A DNA stretch of 64,000 nt from Octopus sinensis (Eukaryota). The notes beneath the pieces were generated by a model. It had not been told where the DNA came from, searched no databases, and was given only the letters and a program-made list of their open reading frames with translations. The first letter of the stretch is position 1. Every line of letters begins with the position of its first letter. Positions 63,766 to 64,000 of this stretch are shown here, piece after piece. The stretch is taken from positions 15,252,001 through 15,316,000 of the forward strand of contig NC_043023.1 of assembly GCF_006345805.1 (NCBI RefSeq), read 5' to 3'. The translations under genes were made by a program, and so were the position numbers.

Positions 63766-64000
63766 GGATCTTTTCCTCTTGAACGGCACTTTTCAACACA
63801 ATTTCTAGTTAATTAAACACTTTTAAACTTTGTATACTGGTAGAATGTGTGAAAAGAAAACGTTTCTTTCTCTTGGCTTTCTTGAGACAATTGTAATTTG
63901 TAAGTTTAATGTAGTTTAATTTTTCGAATTTTAACCAATCCTATGCCCTCTATTGAGCTAAAATCATTTGCTGCGTCTAAAACTAAGACAGCATCCTGTC
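63766..64000. mobile_element. Foldback element arm 3' of gene I, running off the window
   Basis: Reverse complement of ~50593-50827. Confidence 0.85.

Larger units (their letters stand above)
60360..64000. repeat. Inverted duplicate of the H/B-type unit (reverse complement of ~50560-54100)
   Basis: First-exon module, intron MITEs, leader, 3' fingers and foldback junction all mirror gene H; the intron is full-length as in B. Confidence 0.9.

Overview
AT-rich eukaryotic DNA, most consistent with an octopus (coleoid cephalopod) genome; this is inferred from the poly-C2H2 expansion plus the tRNA/CORE-SINE and RTE repeat content. The window is a cluster of ten paralogous effector-less C2H2 zinc-finger loci, labelled here A-J. 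Seven have long ORFs of 10-21 finger units (A, D, E, F, G, H, I), B is a frameshifted pseudogene, and C and J are relics. The genes share a predicted non-coding first exon and intron, and three pairs are head-to-head (D/E, F/G, H/I). The cluster grew by direct and inverted segmental duplication plus intragenic finger amplification. Mobile elements: a full-length Tx1-clade LINE with intact ORF2 and a 16-bp TSD; an ORF1-only half-Tx1 element with an intact gag-like ORF, a 22-bp TSD and a 3' tail shared with a local SINE; a Merlin transposase relic, with GG-ended, 8-bp-TSD MITEs and foldbacks at an inversion and at several duplication breakpoints; a Gypsy LTR relic; Tc1/pogo- and piggyBac-like MITEs; and CR1/RTE fragments. 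Exon structures, TE family names and species are inferences made by eye, and some single-base indels could be assembly errors.
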